Assembly (NCBI GenBank): GCA_905181595.1
Contig: CAJIYI010000001.1
Coordinates: 688,847-752,846 of the forward strand
Direction: 5' to 3'
DNA: 64,000 bases
Origin: an uncultured SAR86 cluster bacterium
GTDB lineage: Bacteria; Pseudomonadota; Gammaproteobacteria; Magnimaribacterales; D2472
The notes below the pieces were generated by a model that did not search any database, was not told where the DNA came from, and saw only the letters and a program-made list of their open reading frames with translations. Both the position numbers and the translations under genes were made by a program. Positions within the stretch are counted from its first letter, which is position 1. The number at the start of each line of letters is the position of its first letter. This document shows, one piece after another, positions 43,930 to 53,961 of this stretch.

Positions 43930-45230
43930 TGCGTTATTTTTTTAGCTTACTAACTTCATTGTTTCTGATTTTACCAATTTGCTCGGGAGAACTGGCCTCT
44001 GCTTTGGATCAAAATCTAAGTGGTGTGATGACCAAGGTCACTGATTGGAGGCATCATTTTCACCAATACCCAGAGCTATCTAATAGAGAGTTTAAAACGC
44101 AAAAATCTATCAGTGAAGCTCTTATTGAAATGGGTCTTGAGCCTAATACCTCATTTGGTAAAACTGGAGTAACTGCATTTATAAGAGGCCAAAATCCAGG
44201 GCCTTTAATTGCATTAAGAGCAGATATTGATGGGTTGCCAGTGACTGAAAAATTGAATCTTCCATTTTCATCAAAAGAAAGAACTAACTATCAGGGCAAT
44301 GATGTTGGAATTATGCATGCGTGTGGCCACGATGCTCATATAGCAACTCTTTTGGGTGTTGCTAGCTTCCTGTCACAAAATACTGACAAACTAGATGGCG
44401 ATATTCTATTAATCTTTCAACCGGCAGAAGAGGGCGCACCTGAAGGAGAAGAGGGAGGGGCTGAATTAATGTTAAAAGAAGGGCTCTTTGAAGCTGAAAA
44501 ACCAGATGCTATTTTTGGTATGCATGTTTCCAATGCCAAACATGGACAACTTTGGACAAGACCAGGGCCAATTATGGCTTCCGCAGAAGCTTTTAGGATT
44601 ACAGTTGAGGGCAAACAAACGCATGGATCGCGTCCATGGAATGGTGTCGATCCTATTGTTGCTGCCTCTGATATCGTTACTACTTTGCAAACTATTGTTA
44701 GCAGAAGACTAAATCTTCTTGATAGCCAAGCTGTAGTGACCGTAGGCATCATGAAAGGCGGCACCAGAAATAACATTATTCCAGCAAGTGCTTATTTAGA
44801 AGGAACTATTAGAACGTTTAAAGACTCTTATGCAGATCAAATTAGAGATGAAATATCTGTTATTGCTAATAATATTGCTGCTGCTCATCATGCCAAAGCT
44901 AATGTCGAGTTCAAAGTCTATGGTGGCTATCCAGTAACCTATAACGATATTGAGCTAGTAGATAAGTATGCATCTTCTCTATCTAGAGCAGCTGATGGTA
45001 ATTATTATGAGGCTAAGGTTCCAAGGACAGGCGCTGAGGACTTCTCATTCTTTGCCCAGCAAGTGCCAGGAATGTTCTTTTTCTTGGGAGTTAATTCGCC
45101 TGGAGTAGAAGATTCTCCTACGAATCATTCACCATATTTTTATGTTGATGATTCAGCCCTTACAAATGGCTTGAAAGCTTTTGTGAATCTAGTTGAAGAT
45201 TTTTCCAAAGACTATAATTTAGATAATTAG
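43929..45230 (+). CDS. M20D amidohydrolase
   Basis: HQYPELSNRE, ALRADIDGLP, MHACGHDAH, FQPAEEG, AEDFS, NHSP. Confidence 0.9.
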   Translation: MRYFFSLLTSLFLILPICSGELASALDQNLSGVMTKVTDWRHHFHQYPELSNREFKTQKSISEALIEMGLEPNTSFGKTGVTAFIRGQNPGPLIALRADIDGLPVTEKLNLPFSSKERTNYQGNDVGIMHACGHDAHIATLLGVASFLSQNTDKLDGDILLIFQPAEEGAPEGEEGGAELMLKEGLFEAEKPDAIFGMHVSNAKHGQLWTRPGPIMASAEAFRITVEGKQTHGSRPWNGVDPIVAASDIVTTLQTIVSRRLNLLDSQAVVTVGIMKGGTRNNIIPASAYLEGTIRTFKDSYADQIRDEISVIANNIAAAHHAKANVEFKVYGGYPVTYNDIELVDKYASSLSRAADGNYYEAKVPRTGAEDFSFFAQQVPGMFFFLGVNSPGVEDSPTNHSPYFYVDDSALTNGLKAFVNLVEDFSKDYNLDN

Positions 45231-45272
45231 TATTAGCAAAAATTAATTTAACCTAAATCTTTTGTTACTTTG

Positions 45273-46136
45273 CTAGGTATATTTTCTGTTATGAACTTTA
45301 GCAACAAGATTGGCTAAATGAGGGTTAAATTTATCTGGAAATGCCTCCTCAATAGTTTGTTCGTGATCAACAAAGTTTAAGATACCCTCTTTATAGCTAG
45401 GTCGAGCTTGTAGATTTTTCCAATAGCTTGATATCTTAGGAAATGTATCCATCTGAAGAACTGGGCCTAAGCCAAGCTCCTCCAATCTATTGAAACAGCA
45501 CATTAGATTAATATCTGCATGACCAAAGTCATCAAATAAAAACCCTTGATCGGATAACTGATTCTCAATTTCAAATAAGCCGTTAACAAAGGATTCATAG
45601 GCCAAAGGACCAATTTTATTTTTTATAGATAAAAAATACATCATAACAAAAACAACTTTCCTCTCCCTTCTGGGGTGATTGAAAATGATATTTAAAATTG
45701 TTTTTAGGCTAAGTTTTTTAATAAGGACTTCAATTAAACCGGTTGAGAAGAGTGGTATTGATGTTCCAAAACTTTGCCCAAGTTTTACGCTTTCATCAAT
45801 CGTTGTGTCGTAGACCCATTTTCTTAAGGTTTCTTTTTTTTTTGGATCTAAAGGCCACAAATTTATTGCATTATTTCCTTGATACTCATCTAATCTCTCA
45901 ATAATGTAGGCACTATCTCTTACGAACTCATTGTTTATTTTAAGAACAGGTACGACACCTGTTGGATTAATCTCTTTTAGAAAGTCTTCGCTAATGTTCT
46001 CTGCCTCATCGTGCTGATCACAGAGTTTGATTACCTTGTGATCATACTCAAGCCCTTTTTCATGAAGGGCTACTCTTACCATTTGACTACAAAGCGACCA
46101 CTTTGCATGATACAAAAGAAGATTGGGCTTGCTCAT
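45273..46136 (-). CDS. Glutathione S-transferase family protein (long, PcpC/LigF/GDAP1-like)
   Basis: LYHAKWSLCSQMVRVALHEKG, INPTGVVPVL, DSAYI, HADI. Confidence 0.82.
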   Translation of the reverse strand: MSKPNLLLYHAKWSLCSQMVRVALHEKGLEYDHKVIKLCDQHDEAENISEDFLKEINPTGVVPVLKINNEFVRDSAYIIERLDEYQGNNAINLWPLDPKKKETLRKWVYDTTIDESVKLGQSFGTSIPLFSTGLIEVLIKKLSLKTILNIIFNHPRRERKVVFVMMYFLSIKNKIGPLAYESFVNGLFEIENQLSDQGFLFDDFGHADINLMCCFNRLEELGLGPVLQMDTFPKISSYWKNLQARPSYKEGILNFVDHEQTIEEAFPDKFNPHLANLVAKVHNRKYT

Positions 46137-46138
46137 TA

Positions 46139-47047
46139 CTAATCGTCGTTAGCAGGCATTTTACCTTTAAGAAACTCTGGTATGTGTGATACGTTACTAT
46201 GATCTGCAATTCTTAAGCATTGATTTTCTATGGTTCCAATGCCCTTGATAGTTGTTGACAATATATCCCCGTCCTTTAAACACTTACCTTGAGTTGCGCC
46301 AACACCAGCAGGCGTTCCTGTAAAAATTAAATCTCCAGGCTCTAAAGTGATAAATTCTGATACATAAGAGATGATATATGGGATATCAAAGATTAAGTCA
46401 TTGGTATTATCTTTTTGTCTTAATTCACCATTAACTGAGCACTCTAATTCCAAAGAGTTTGGATCTTCAAATTCATCTGGAGAAACTAAAATTGGTCCTA
46501 TTGGCCCAAAGGTATCAAATGATTTACCAAGATTAAACTGTGGAGGTGTAGCATGAAATTGAACCGCTCTATCTGATATATCCTGACCAACTGTAAGTCC
46601 TGCAACATGATCCCAGGCGTTTTCTTTTGATATGTTTTTACCTTCTTTGCCAATTACTGCTACTAATTCTGCTTCGTAGTCGACAAGATCACTTCTCATT
46701 TCTATGTTTTCAAATGGCCCAACAATACATGAAGTATGCTTTGTAAATATCATAGGGAAGAGTGGAATTTCCATTCCTGATTCTTCGGCATGGTTTTTAT
46801 AATTTAGTCCAACAGCAAAACAATTTCTTGAATTAGTTATCGGTGCTCCCATGCTCTCATTCGTGATTGTTCCTGAGGGTTCAAAATCATCGATCTGAGT
46901 GTATAGCTTTGACAGAGCATCTAATGAATTTATTGATTGCGAGGGATCATTTGAGAGCGCTCCATTTGAAATATCGGATAGCTCATAATAGCTTTCATTT
47001 TTGATTAACGCTGCGTTTCCATTTACATTACCTAACTTAAAACCCAT
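46139..47047 (-). CDS. Fumarylacetoacetate hydrolase family protein
   Basis: VGLNYKNH, DYEAEL, QDISDR, GKSFDTFGPIGP, PGDLIFTGTPAGVG. Confidence 0.92.
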   Translation of the reverse strand: MGFKLGNVNGNAALIKNESYYELSDISNGALSNDPSQSINSLDALSKLYTQIDDFEPSGTITNESMGAPITNSRNCFAVGLNYKNHAEESGMEIPLFPMIFTKHTSCIVGPFENIEMRSDLVDYEAELVAVIGKEGKNISKENAWDHVAGLTVGQDISDRAVQFHATPPQFNLGKSFDTFGPIGPILVSPDEFEDPNSLELECSVNGELRQKDNTNDLIFDIPYIISYVSEFITLEPGDLIFTGTPAGVGATQGKCLKDGDILSTTIKGIGTIENQCLRIADHSNVSHIPEFLKGKMPANDD

Positions 47048-47093
47048 GTTTTCTCTCCTTAAAAGTAGCTTAACTAAGCGATTTTAGCGATGA

Positions 47094-47172
47094 GACCATG
47101 AACACAGATAAGGGGGTCTGCATTCATGGTCCAAAGAAACCTTAACAACTTCTCTTAGGAAGAAGGGTTAAG
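47094..47172 (-). other. Two tandem RNA hairpins between the TonB-dependent receptor and FAH genes
   Basis: Minus strand: CTTAACCCTTCT-TCCTAAG-AGAAGTTGTTAAG, then GACCATGAATGCAGA-CCCCCTTA-TCTGTGTTCATGGTC (15-bp stem with two G-U pairs). Confidence 0.6.
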
Positions 47173-47188
47173 CGCTATTCCAACACTA

Positions 47189-49657
47189 TTAGAATGATTT
47201 TCTAATAGATATACCGAACTGTTTGCCTGGCTCCCACAATTTGAAGAAAGACCCAGGTGTTAATGGAAGTGCTAAGCTCGAAGATCCAACGATTTCATCG
47301 GTAACATTTTTACCAAAGAGTTTGATTTCAAGACCGTTTTCCATCATCAATCTTACATTTAGATCTATCTTAGTAGAGGCATCATGGTCACCAGCAGGGT
47401 CCGCAACTCCAGTACTATTAAATTCACTCACGTAATTTGCAGCAATTGTGTAAACCAATTCACTGCCACCACTCAATGATGAGAAGTAATTAGCGTACAT
47501 GCTAGCCGATGTCTCAGGAGCAAAATTACCCGCTTTTCCTGCAAGATCTTGAGTACATTGTCGTGCAGCTCTTCCAGCAGGTGTTGACGGCCAAGTTGCT
47601 GGTCTGGCAGCTCTGTATGCCACATCTTGATCGCCTGTACATGCAGCAGTGAAAGCTCCGTATGCAAAATCAAGCGTAGTAATTGAACCGCCAATAATTA
47701 GGCTATCTGTTGGAGCCCAAGTAGTATCAACTTCAAAACCTGTAATCTCGGCTTCTGCAGCATTAGAGACAATAAACGTCGAGCCATTAAATGCTGATAC
47801 TTGCATGTCCTTATAATCCGTTGAGAAATAAGCAGCATTGAACCTTAGATTATTCTCAGGCATATCCATTTTAGCTCCCATCTCAAATGTAGTGGCTTCT
47901 TCTGGCTTAAATGCGAATGCAGGAGATGGTGTAGTTGCATTTGTTCGTCCAGCATTTTCAGAACCATCGTATCCGCCTGCTTTGTAACCTTCAGCATAAC
48001 TAGCATAGAGCCTTGTAGTATCTGACATCTCGTAAGTTACTTTCACCGAGGGAGTTGTGTGACTTTCTGATCTACTTTGCTTTGGGAAGTTGTAGGGTAA
48101 TCTTCCTAGCAATGCATTATGAAGTCCTGCAACTACAGGATTAGCTGTTGGATTATTAATTCCAATGCCACCAGTTGTAGTGGAACTATTTACTTGTGAA
48201 GCTTTAACATCTTTCTCATCTTCTGAGACACGAACACCAGCAATAAATGTTAATTGATCGCTTAGGTACCAAGTTCCCTCAAAAAATGCAGATAAGCTGC
48301 TTGATGTTTCATCAAATAAAGTGTGTGTTGCGCTTTGTGGTGTTGAAAATCTAAATTGGGGGGGGTTAAGTCTGGTTTGGAAAGCAGCAATATCTGGTAA
48401 CCCAAATGACTTTGCAAATTCTCCACCTACAGATAAGTCAAACAATCCATTGTTTGCAACATCCATCTCGATCTCTTCATAGTAAACCCCAGCAATGTAT
48501 TCAAAACTTTCACTAGAAGGAGATGTAATGACGAATTCCTGAGAGAATTGTTCAAATTCATTAAAGTTATCAGTTGAGAGAAAATCTAACGGTCCAAAGT
48601 CGGCATCTAAACCCCAACCATAATCATAAGTTGAAAAAGATGTCGTTGATTTAACATCAAAGTCACCCCATGTTGATGAGATATTTAAAATCACGTTGTC
48701 CGAATCAACCGATCCACCTGTAGGTAAACCAGCGCTAGTATTATCTAAATAAGTAATACCAGGTTGTCCAACTACTTGATTTGGAAAGGCTCTTGCCATA
48801 ATGCTTTGTGAAATAAACGTTGCCGTATAGCCATATCTAGCCATTAATCCGACGGGTACAGGTGTTCGATATGTATCGGTGCCTCCATGTTGACCAGCTT
48901 TTTCATGTGATGAGGTGAATGCTTTTAAGTTTATCTCAGCATTATCAAGCTGCCATAAAAATGTTGCTCTTAAAGCTGTGCTTTCGCTTGAAGGCCCATC
49001 TTCTTTAAGTAAAGCGTTGTATGTCCAACCATCTGACTCTTCTACGGTCGCTGCTAGCCTCATTGCAAATGTATCGCTGACAGGGAAACTTGAAGCCGCT
49101 TGCACTTTAATGGTGTTCCATTCAGGAACTGTCTCAATTGACCAATGTCCATCTGCATCACCGCCTATGACGGGAGATTTGCTGACCATGTTTACGACTC
49201 CACCAATTGTATTCTTGCCAAACAAAACACCTTGCGTACCTTTTAAGACTTCTACTCTTTCAACATCTAATAAGGCTGATAAGTATTGTTCGCCTCTGGC
49301 AATGGGCATGCCATCAATAAATTGAGTAACTGATTGAGAAAATCCTTTATTTGTTCCTGAGCCAACACCTCTAATATAAATATTAAACTGCGCGGCACCT
49401 TTATTAATCATTAACCCTGGTACATGGGTTTGCAGATCTTCTAAGCTTGTAATCCCGAGGCTGTCTATTCTATCGCCTGAAAGTACTTGAATAGAAATCG
49501 GAACCTCTGATAGCCCTTGTTCCTTTTTTTGAGCCGTAACAACAACTTCTTCAAGTCGAGAATCTGTGCTCTGTGAAAGTATGTTCTGTGAAGAAAAACC
49601 AAGCACCATTAAGCATAAGCTAGATAGATACAAATATTTAGTCGTGAATATTTTCAT
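47189..49657 (-). CDS. TonB-dependent receptor
   Basis: Signal peptide, LEEVVVTAQK TonB box, DVERVEVLKGTQGVLFGKNTIGG plug motif, C-terminal Phe. Confidence 0.95.
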   Translation of the reverse strand: MKIFTTKYLYLSSLCLMVLGFSSQNILSQSTDSRLEEVVVTAQKKEQGLSEVPISIQVLSGDRIDSLGITSLEDLQTHVPGLMINKGAAQFNIYIRGVGSGTNKGFSQSVTQFIDGMPIARGEQYLSALLDVERVEVLKGTQGVLFGKNTIGGVVNMVSKSPVIGGDADGHWSIETVPEWNTIKVQAASSFPVSDTFAMRLAATVEESDGWTYNALLKEDGPSSESTALRATFLWQLDNAEINLKAFTSSHEKAGQHGGTDTYRTPVPVGLMARYGYTATFISQSIMARAFPNQVVGQPGITYLDNTSAGLPTGGSVDSDNVILNISSTWGDFDVKSTTSFSTYDYGWGLDADFGPLDFLSTDNFNEFEQFSQEFVITSPSSESFEYIAGVYYEEIEMDVANNGLFDLSVGGEFAKSFGLPDIAAFQTRLNPPQFRFSTPQSATHTLFDETSSSLSAFFEGTWYLSDQLTFIAGVRVSEDEKDVKASQVNSSTTTGGIGINNPTANPVVAGLHNALLGRLPYNFPKQSRSESHTTPSVKVTYEMSDTTRLYASYAEGYKAGGYDGSENAGRTNATTPSPAFAFKPEEATTFEMGAKMDMPENNLRFNAAYFSTDYKDMQVSAFNGSTFIVSNAAEAEITGFEVDTTWAPTDSLIIGGSITTLDFAYGAFTAACTGDQDVAYRAARPATWPSTPAGRAARQCTQDLAGKAGNFAPETSASMYANYFSSLSGGSELVYTIAANYVSEFNSTGVADPAGDHDASTKIDLNVRLMMENGLEIKLFGKNVTDEIVGSSSLALPLTPGSFFKLWEPGKQFGISIRKSF

Positions 49658-49691
49658 AAATTCCCCATAAATTTTAATTAAAGAATTATCT

Positions 49692-49731
49692 TAGCCACTT
49701 GGTTAGGAAATTACAACTATCCAGTTGGATA
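49692..49731. promoter_or_regulatory. Two putative operator sites in the divergent receptor/GST promoter
   Basis: TAGCCACTTGGTTA (49692-49705) and TATCCAGTTGGATA (49718-49731), imperfect palindromes matching the site at 56183. Confidence 0.55.
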
Positions 49732-49771
49732 AAATATGAATATATGTTTTACTGTTTTTTAGAAGATTCAA

Positions 49772-50653
49772 TTGAAACTTATGCAAAACCTTGAATTATA
49801 TGGATATGGTGAGTCTGTAGCCTCAAATATGGCTAGAGTAGCCCTTGCTGAAAAAAAGATATCTTACCAATATAATCTTGTCTATCTAGAGTCTAAAGGA
49901 GATCATTTAACCAAAGAATATAAAAAATTAAATCCTAAAAATCTTGTACCCACTCTTGTTGATAATGGTGTTCCCATACCTGACAGCATCAAAATAATGA
50001 GACACATCGATTCAAGTCATCCTCAAAAGGGAGAAATTTTATTTCCAAATACAGTAGACATAGAAACTTTTGAAAATTTATTAGATTTTGTAAGTTTAGA
50101 TGAAAACAAGGAACTTGGAGATACCTTGGGAACAACTGCTGGCGGTATTTCAGCTCAAATTTTAGTAAAAATGCTATGCAAGAGACCTATCATTGCCATA
50201 ATTTGGGATTATTTAACGAAACATTCAATTAAGAAGAGGGTACCAATATTCATACTCTTACGAATTCTTGGAAAGCCACCAAAGAGCTTAAGCGAAAAGA
50301 TGGCTGTAATGCTCGCAAAACATCTATTAACTGTTGAGGAGGTACTAAGTCATCAAAAAAAATTTATGATGGGTGATGCTTACACCGCGATTGACTGTTG
50401 CATGACATCGATACTTCATAGGGTTCAAGAAATGCGTTTTGGCAGCGTCTTAATGAGCGATAAATTACCAAATTTAAAAAATTACTGGGAAACACTATCA
50501 AGCAGAAATAGTTACCAAGCAGGTATTCTTGATTACGTTACTGGAGAATGGGCGCCAGAAATCACTGCACTATATGGAGATGGCCCCAGTGAATACGACG
50601 ATTTGGTTTGGTCTGAAATTAATAATTTACTAGCAAAAGGAGAAAATAAATGA
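49772..50653 (+). CDS. Glutathione S-transferase family protein (paralogue of 45273-46136)
   Basis: SVASNMARVALAEKK, LNPKNLVPTLVD, DSIKI; shares a (L)GxxLGT-type segment with the other GST. Confidence 0.82.
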   Translation: MKLMQNLELYGYGESVASNMARVALAEKKISYQYNLVYLESKGDHLTKEYKKLNPKNLVPTLVDNGVPIPDSIKIMRHIDSSHPQKGEILFPNTVDIETFENLLDFVSLDENKELGDTLGTTAGGISAQILVKMLCKRPIIAIIWDYLTKHSIKKRVPIFILLRILGKPPKSLSEKMAVMLAKHLLTVEEVLSHQKKFMMGDAYTAIDCCMTSILHRVQEMRFGSVLMSDKLPNLKNYWETLSSRNSYQAGILDYVTGEWAPEITALYGDGPSEYDDLVWSEINNLLAKGENK

Positions 50654-51753
50654 ATACACCAATATGCAAGATAGCAGATATTATCTATGTAAGATTTGAG
50701 CTTGTTGAATTAGAGGCCCAAAAAAAATACTTAAATCACTTTGGTATGATGTTAGCTCACGAAGATGAAAATAGTATCTATTTTAGAGGCACTGGAAGCT
50801 CACCTTTTATCTATGTAGCAACCAAGGGTCCCGAAAATAAATACATAGGATCAGCATACAAGGCTAATAACTTTTCTGATCTAGAGGCACTGTCCAAAGA
50901 ATTTGATGTTGATATTGTTGCAAATACTGAACCTGGGGGAGGTCACAAAGTTACTGTGATAGATCCTGATGGTATCGAGGTCGAAGTGTGTCACGGTATG
51001 AACGAAGCAGAACCAATAGCCGTTGTTTCAAAAGTTTTAAATACAGGTCAATCTAAGCAGAGGGAAAATGAATTGCAGCGTTTTGGAAAAGCGGCGGATG
51101 AGTGGCAAGTGCATGGTGATAAGTGGGTCTATGAATTATCTTCAAAAGTTAAGCGATTGGGTCATACAGCAATTAACTGTAAAGATGCTCAAGCTTCAGT
51201 TGATTGGTACGCAAATGTTTTAGGTTTTTTAATAAGTAATAATTGCATTGGGCCTGATGGCACTTCTATGGGAGCTTTTATGAGGTGTGATCAAGGCGAT
51301 AAACCGGTTGATCATCACACCATGAATAACATGGGCCTACCTGGCGAAGGTGGTGCTTTAGCCTATGGTCATGCGGGTTATGAGGTACAAGATTCAATAG
51401 ATGATTTGATGGCTGGACATTACCACATGAAAACCGTTGATGAGTATTATCATGAATGGGGCATTGGAAGACACTTGCTGGGCAGTCAAATGTATGACTA
51501 TTGGCGTGATCCTCATGGTTTTACTCATGAGCATTGGACCGATGGCGACCTAATGGATGCGTCAATTCCTACAGAAAATTCAGGGTTTAGAGATCTCGCT
51601 ATGGCTCAATATGGCCCAGAAGTTCCCAACACATTTGGTATAACCATGCCGATCGATCAAATTGATAAAGCTCGCGCAGCACATCCTACAATTCCTGGAA
51701 TGATTAAAGAAATGGAAAAGGCTGCTAAGGCAGAAACAGAGGAACAATCATGA
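50650..51753 (+). CDS. VOC-family extradiol dioxygenase (trihydroxytoluene oxygenase DntD-like)
   Basis: DPDGIEVEV, KRLGH, FMRCDQGDKPVDHHT, HEWGIGRHLLGSQMYDYWRDPHGFTHEHWTDGD. Confidence 0.85.
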   Translation: MNTPICKIADIIYVRFELVELEAQKKYLNHFGMMLAHEDENSIYFRGTGSSPFIYVATKGPENKYIGSAYKANNFSDLEALSKEFDVDIVANTEPGGGHKVTVIDPDGIEVEVCHGMNEAEPIAVVSKVLNTGQSKQRENELQRFGKAADEWQVHGDKWVYELSSKVKRLGHTAINCKDAQASVDWYANVLGFLISNNCIGPDGTSMGAFMRCDQGDKPVDHHTMNNMGLPGEGGALAYGHAGYEVQDSIDDLMAGHYHMKTVDEYYHEWGIGRHLLGSQMYDYWRDPHGFTHEHWTDGDLMDASIPTENSGFRDLAMAQYGPEVPNTFGITMPIDQIDKARAAHPTIPGMIKEMEKAAKAETEEQS

Positions 51754-52412
51754 TAGAACTTTCTGAACAACAAAAAAAAGCAGTTGCTGAAGCCCAAGTA
51801 ACATTCAAGAACTTAAAGGATAATGCAAAAAAATTAAACCAGGAACAGATGAATCTATTGTTTGGTGAGGCCAGAAGTATGAATGGGTGGCAAGACAAGG
51901 ACGTTTCTGACGAAATGGTTAAGTCAATTTATGAATTGACTAAAATGGGCCCAACAAGCACAAATTGCTGCCCAGCAAGATTTAAATTTATTAAAAGTGA
52001 AAAGCATAAGCAATTATTAAAAGATGCATTGCTGCCTAACAACGTAGATAAAGTTATGTCTGCACCAGTGATTGCTGTTATAGGGTATGACCTAGATTTT
52101 TCAGATCATATGGGGAAATTGTTTCCTCACATGGACGTTGCTCCAATGTACAAGGGAAATCAAGAGTTCAATTATTCAGCTGCATTTAGAAATAGCAGTC
52201 TTCAAGGAGCATACTTCATGATGGTTTGTAGAGGCTTAGGTCTTGATTGCGGTCCTATGTCAGGGTTCAGTAACGAGTTGGTAGATAAAACTTTTTTTGA
52301 AAATACCAATATCAAATCGAACTTTCTGTGCTGCATTGGTTACGGTGATTCAGCAAAGATCTTTCAAAGATTACCGCGCTTAGATTTTGATGAAGCCTGT
52401 GAAATTATCTAG
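51750..52412 (+). CDS. Malonic semialdehyde reductase (RutE-like nitroreductase)
   Basis: LFGEARS.NGW, GPTSTNCCPARF, AFRNSSLQGAY, GLDCGPMSGF, RLPRLDFDEAC. Confidence 0.85.
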   Translation: MIELSEQQKKAVAEAQVTFKNLKDNAKKLNQEQMNLLFGEARSMNGWQDKDVSDEMVKSIYELTKMGPTSTNCCPARFKFIKSEKHKQLLKDALLPNNVDKVMSAPVIAVIGYDLDFSDHMGKLFPHMDVAPMYKGNQEFNYSAAFRNSSLQGAYFMMVCRGLGLDCGPMSGFSNELVDKTFFENTNIKSNFLCCIGYGDSAKIFQRLPRLDFDEACEII

Positions 52413-53961
52413 ATGACCTAAACTTCTTTGTGGCATAAATGCTCACAGAAATAGCTAGCAACAAAGCTAGCAAATAGTACTTAAAGGACAAAATAATTAC
52501 CCAGAGCATGATAAAAAAACTAGCAACAGGTGATGGGTATTCGGATATTTCGTAGTCTCTATCAAGCCAAGGTAGGCCAATAACATCTCCACCCTCTGAG
52601 TCGCCGTAATAATATGTGTGAGCTGGATTAATTAAGGGCATGCTCTTAGATTTATCTATATTTTTCATGTAGGCTGTCATGTCCTCAAAAATCTTCACCT
52701 CAAGGTTAGATAAATCATTAGATTCAAAGGGATCATCAACTATATTGAACAAACTGTAAGTTCCATTTGAGCCGGGGAACATTGAAGGTTTGCGATAATG
52801 GAGTTTCCACTCATCTTTATATAATGCCTGTTCATCAAAAACAATTTGAGCTCCTATAAGATCATTATCAGGCGGAGTGATTTCCCCATTAATTAAATTT
52901 TTCCATTTATCACTTCCATCAAAGACCACTGACTTATCGATGTCAATGCCTACGGCAGTGAGTAATGTTGGGAGTAAGTCCTGAACAAACATAAATTGAT
53001 CTGTTGCTGAGTTTTCAATAACTCCTTGCCACCAAATACTTGCTGGCACTCTAACTCCTCCTTCTAAAGCAGATGTTTTGCTGCCCTTTAATCCGGCTGT
53101 ATTTCCCTTTGATTTTGTTAGCCCAGGCGCTAAGGTTGCAACAATTGGATTTATATCAACAACAGGACCGTTGTCACTAAAAAAAACAATGATAGTTTCC
53201 TTTAGAAGGCCTTGATCCTCGATGGATTGAATTATTTTTCCAATTTCAGTATCCAAAGCATTCACATTAGCTGCATAAGCCCTTATTAGGGGATCTTCTA
53301 TGTGACTAAAAGATTCTATGTTGGAAGGGGGGGCTTGAATTGGAGTATGAGGAGCATTGAATGCTACGTAAAGAAATAGGGGGCGATGAATATCTTTATT
53401 TTCAATGATTCTAACTGCCTCATCTGCAATAAGTGTGGTTGAATAACCTTCCTCGATTAGAGGCTCTTCATTTCTGTGCCAATCCATTCTTTTTGCAGCA
53501 ACATGATCAAAATAACCAATTCCACCAAGCATGTGACCATAACTTGTATCGAATCCTCTATTGGTAGGCCAAAAAGCTTCATCATGCATCCCTAAATGCC
53601 ATTTTCCAGACAGTGCAGTTTGGTATCCTGCCTCCCTAAAATATTGAGGCATTATTTTTAAATCTGGAGACAACCCAAATTGCTCGGCAGTTGGATTTTG
53701 AAAGGGCCTCACCACGCCGTGATTAAATATATGCAGGCCAGTCAATAACGAAGCTCTTGTTGGACTGCATACTGGATTCGCATAAAATCTATTTAACTCC
53801 AAACCTTTTGAAGCTAGTCTGTCCATATTGGGAGTAGGGATGTGACCTCCATGATATGAGACGTCACCCCAACCCAGGTCATCAGTGAGAATTATTACCA
53901 CATTGGGCTGTGAATATATTGGAGCACTGAACAGTGCGATTAGCAGTATTAATCTTTGCAT
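52405..53961 (-). CDS. Arylsulfatase (Cys-type) with C-terminal membrane anchor
   Basis: PNVVIILTDDLG, CSPTRASLLTG (CxPxR), GKWHLG, NAPHTP, SDNG, EGGVRVP; hydrophobic C-terminus followed by KKFRSSR. Confidence 0.9.
   Translation of the reverse strand: MQRLILLIALFSAPIYSQPNVVIILTDDLGWGDVSYHGGHIPTPNMDRLASKGLELNRFYANPVCSPTRASLLTGLHIFNHGVVRPFQNPTAEQFGLSPDLKIMPQYFREAGYQTALSGKWHLGMHDEAFWPTNRGFDTSYGHMLGGIGYFDHVAAKRMDWHRNEEPLIEEGYSTTLIADEAVRIIENKDIHRPLFLYVAFNAPHTPIQAPPSNIESFSHIEDPLIRAYAANVNALDTEIGKIIQSIEDQGLLKETIIVFFSDNGPVVDINPIVATLAPGLTKSKGNTAGLKGSKTSALEGGVRVPASIWWQGVIENSATDQFMFVQDLLPTLLTAVGIDIDKSVVFDGSDKWKNLINGEITPPDNDLIGAQIVFDEQALYKDEWKLHYRKPSMFPGSNGTYSLFNIVDDPFESNDLSNLEVKIFEDMTAYMKNIDKSKSMPLINPAHTYYYGDSEGGDVIGLPWLDRDYEISEYPSPVASFFIMLWVIILSFKYYLLALLLAISVSIYATKKFRSSR

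Noticed and set aside
53882-53961. 80-nt overlap of the TetR ORF with the sulfatase gene
   Set aside because: One extra A in the A5 run (AGAAAAAGTAATG) gives a TAA stop overlapping the sulfatase ATG; most likely a homopolymer error
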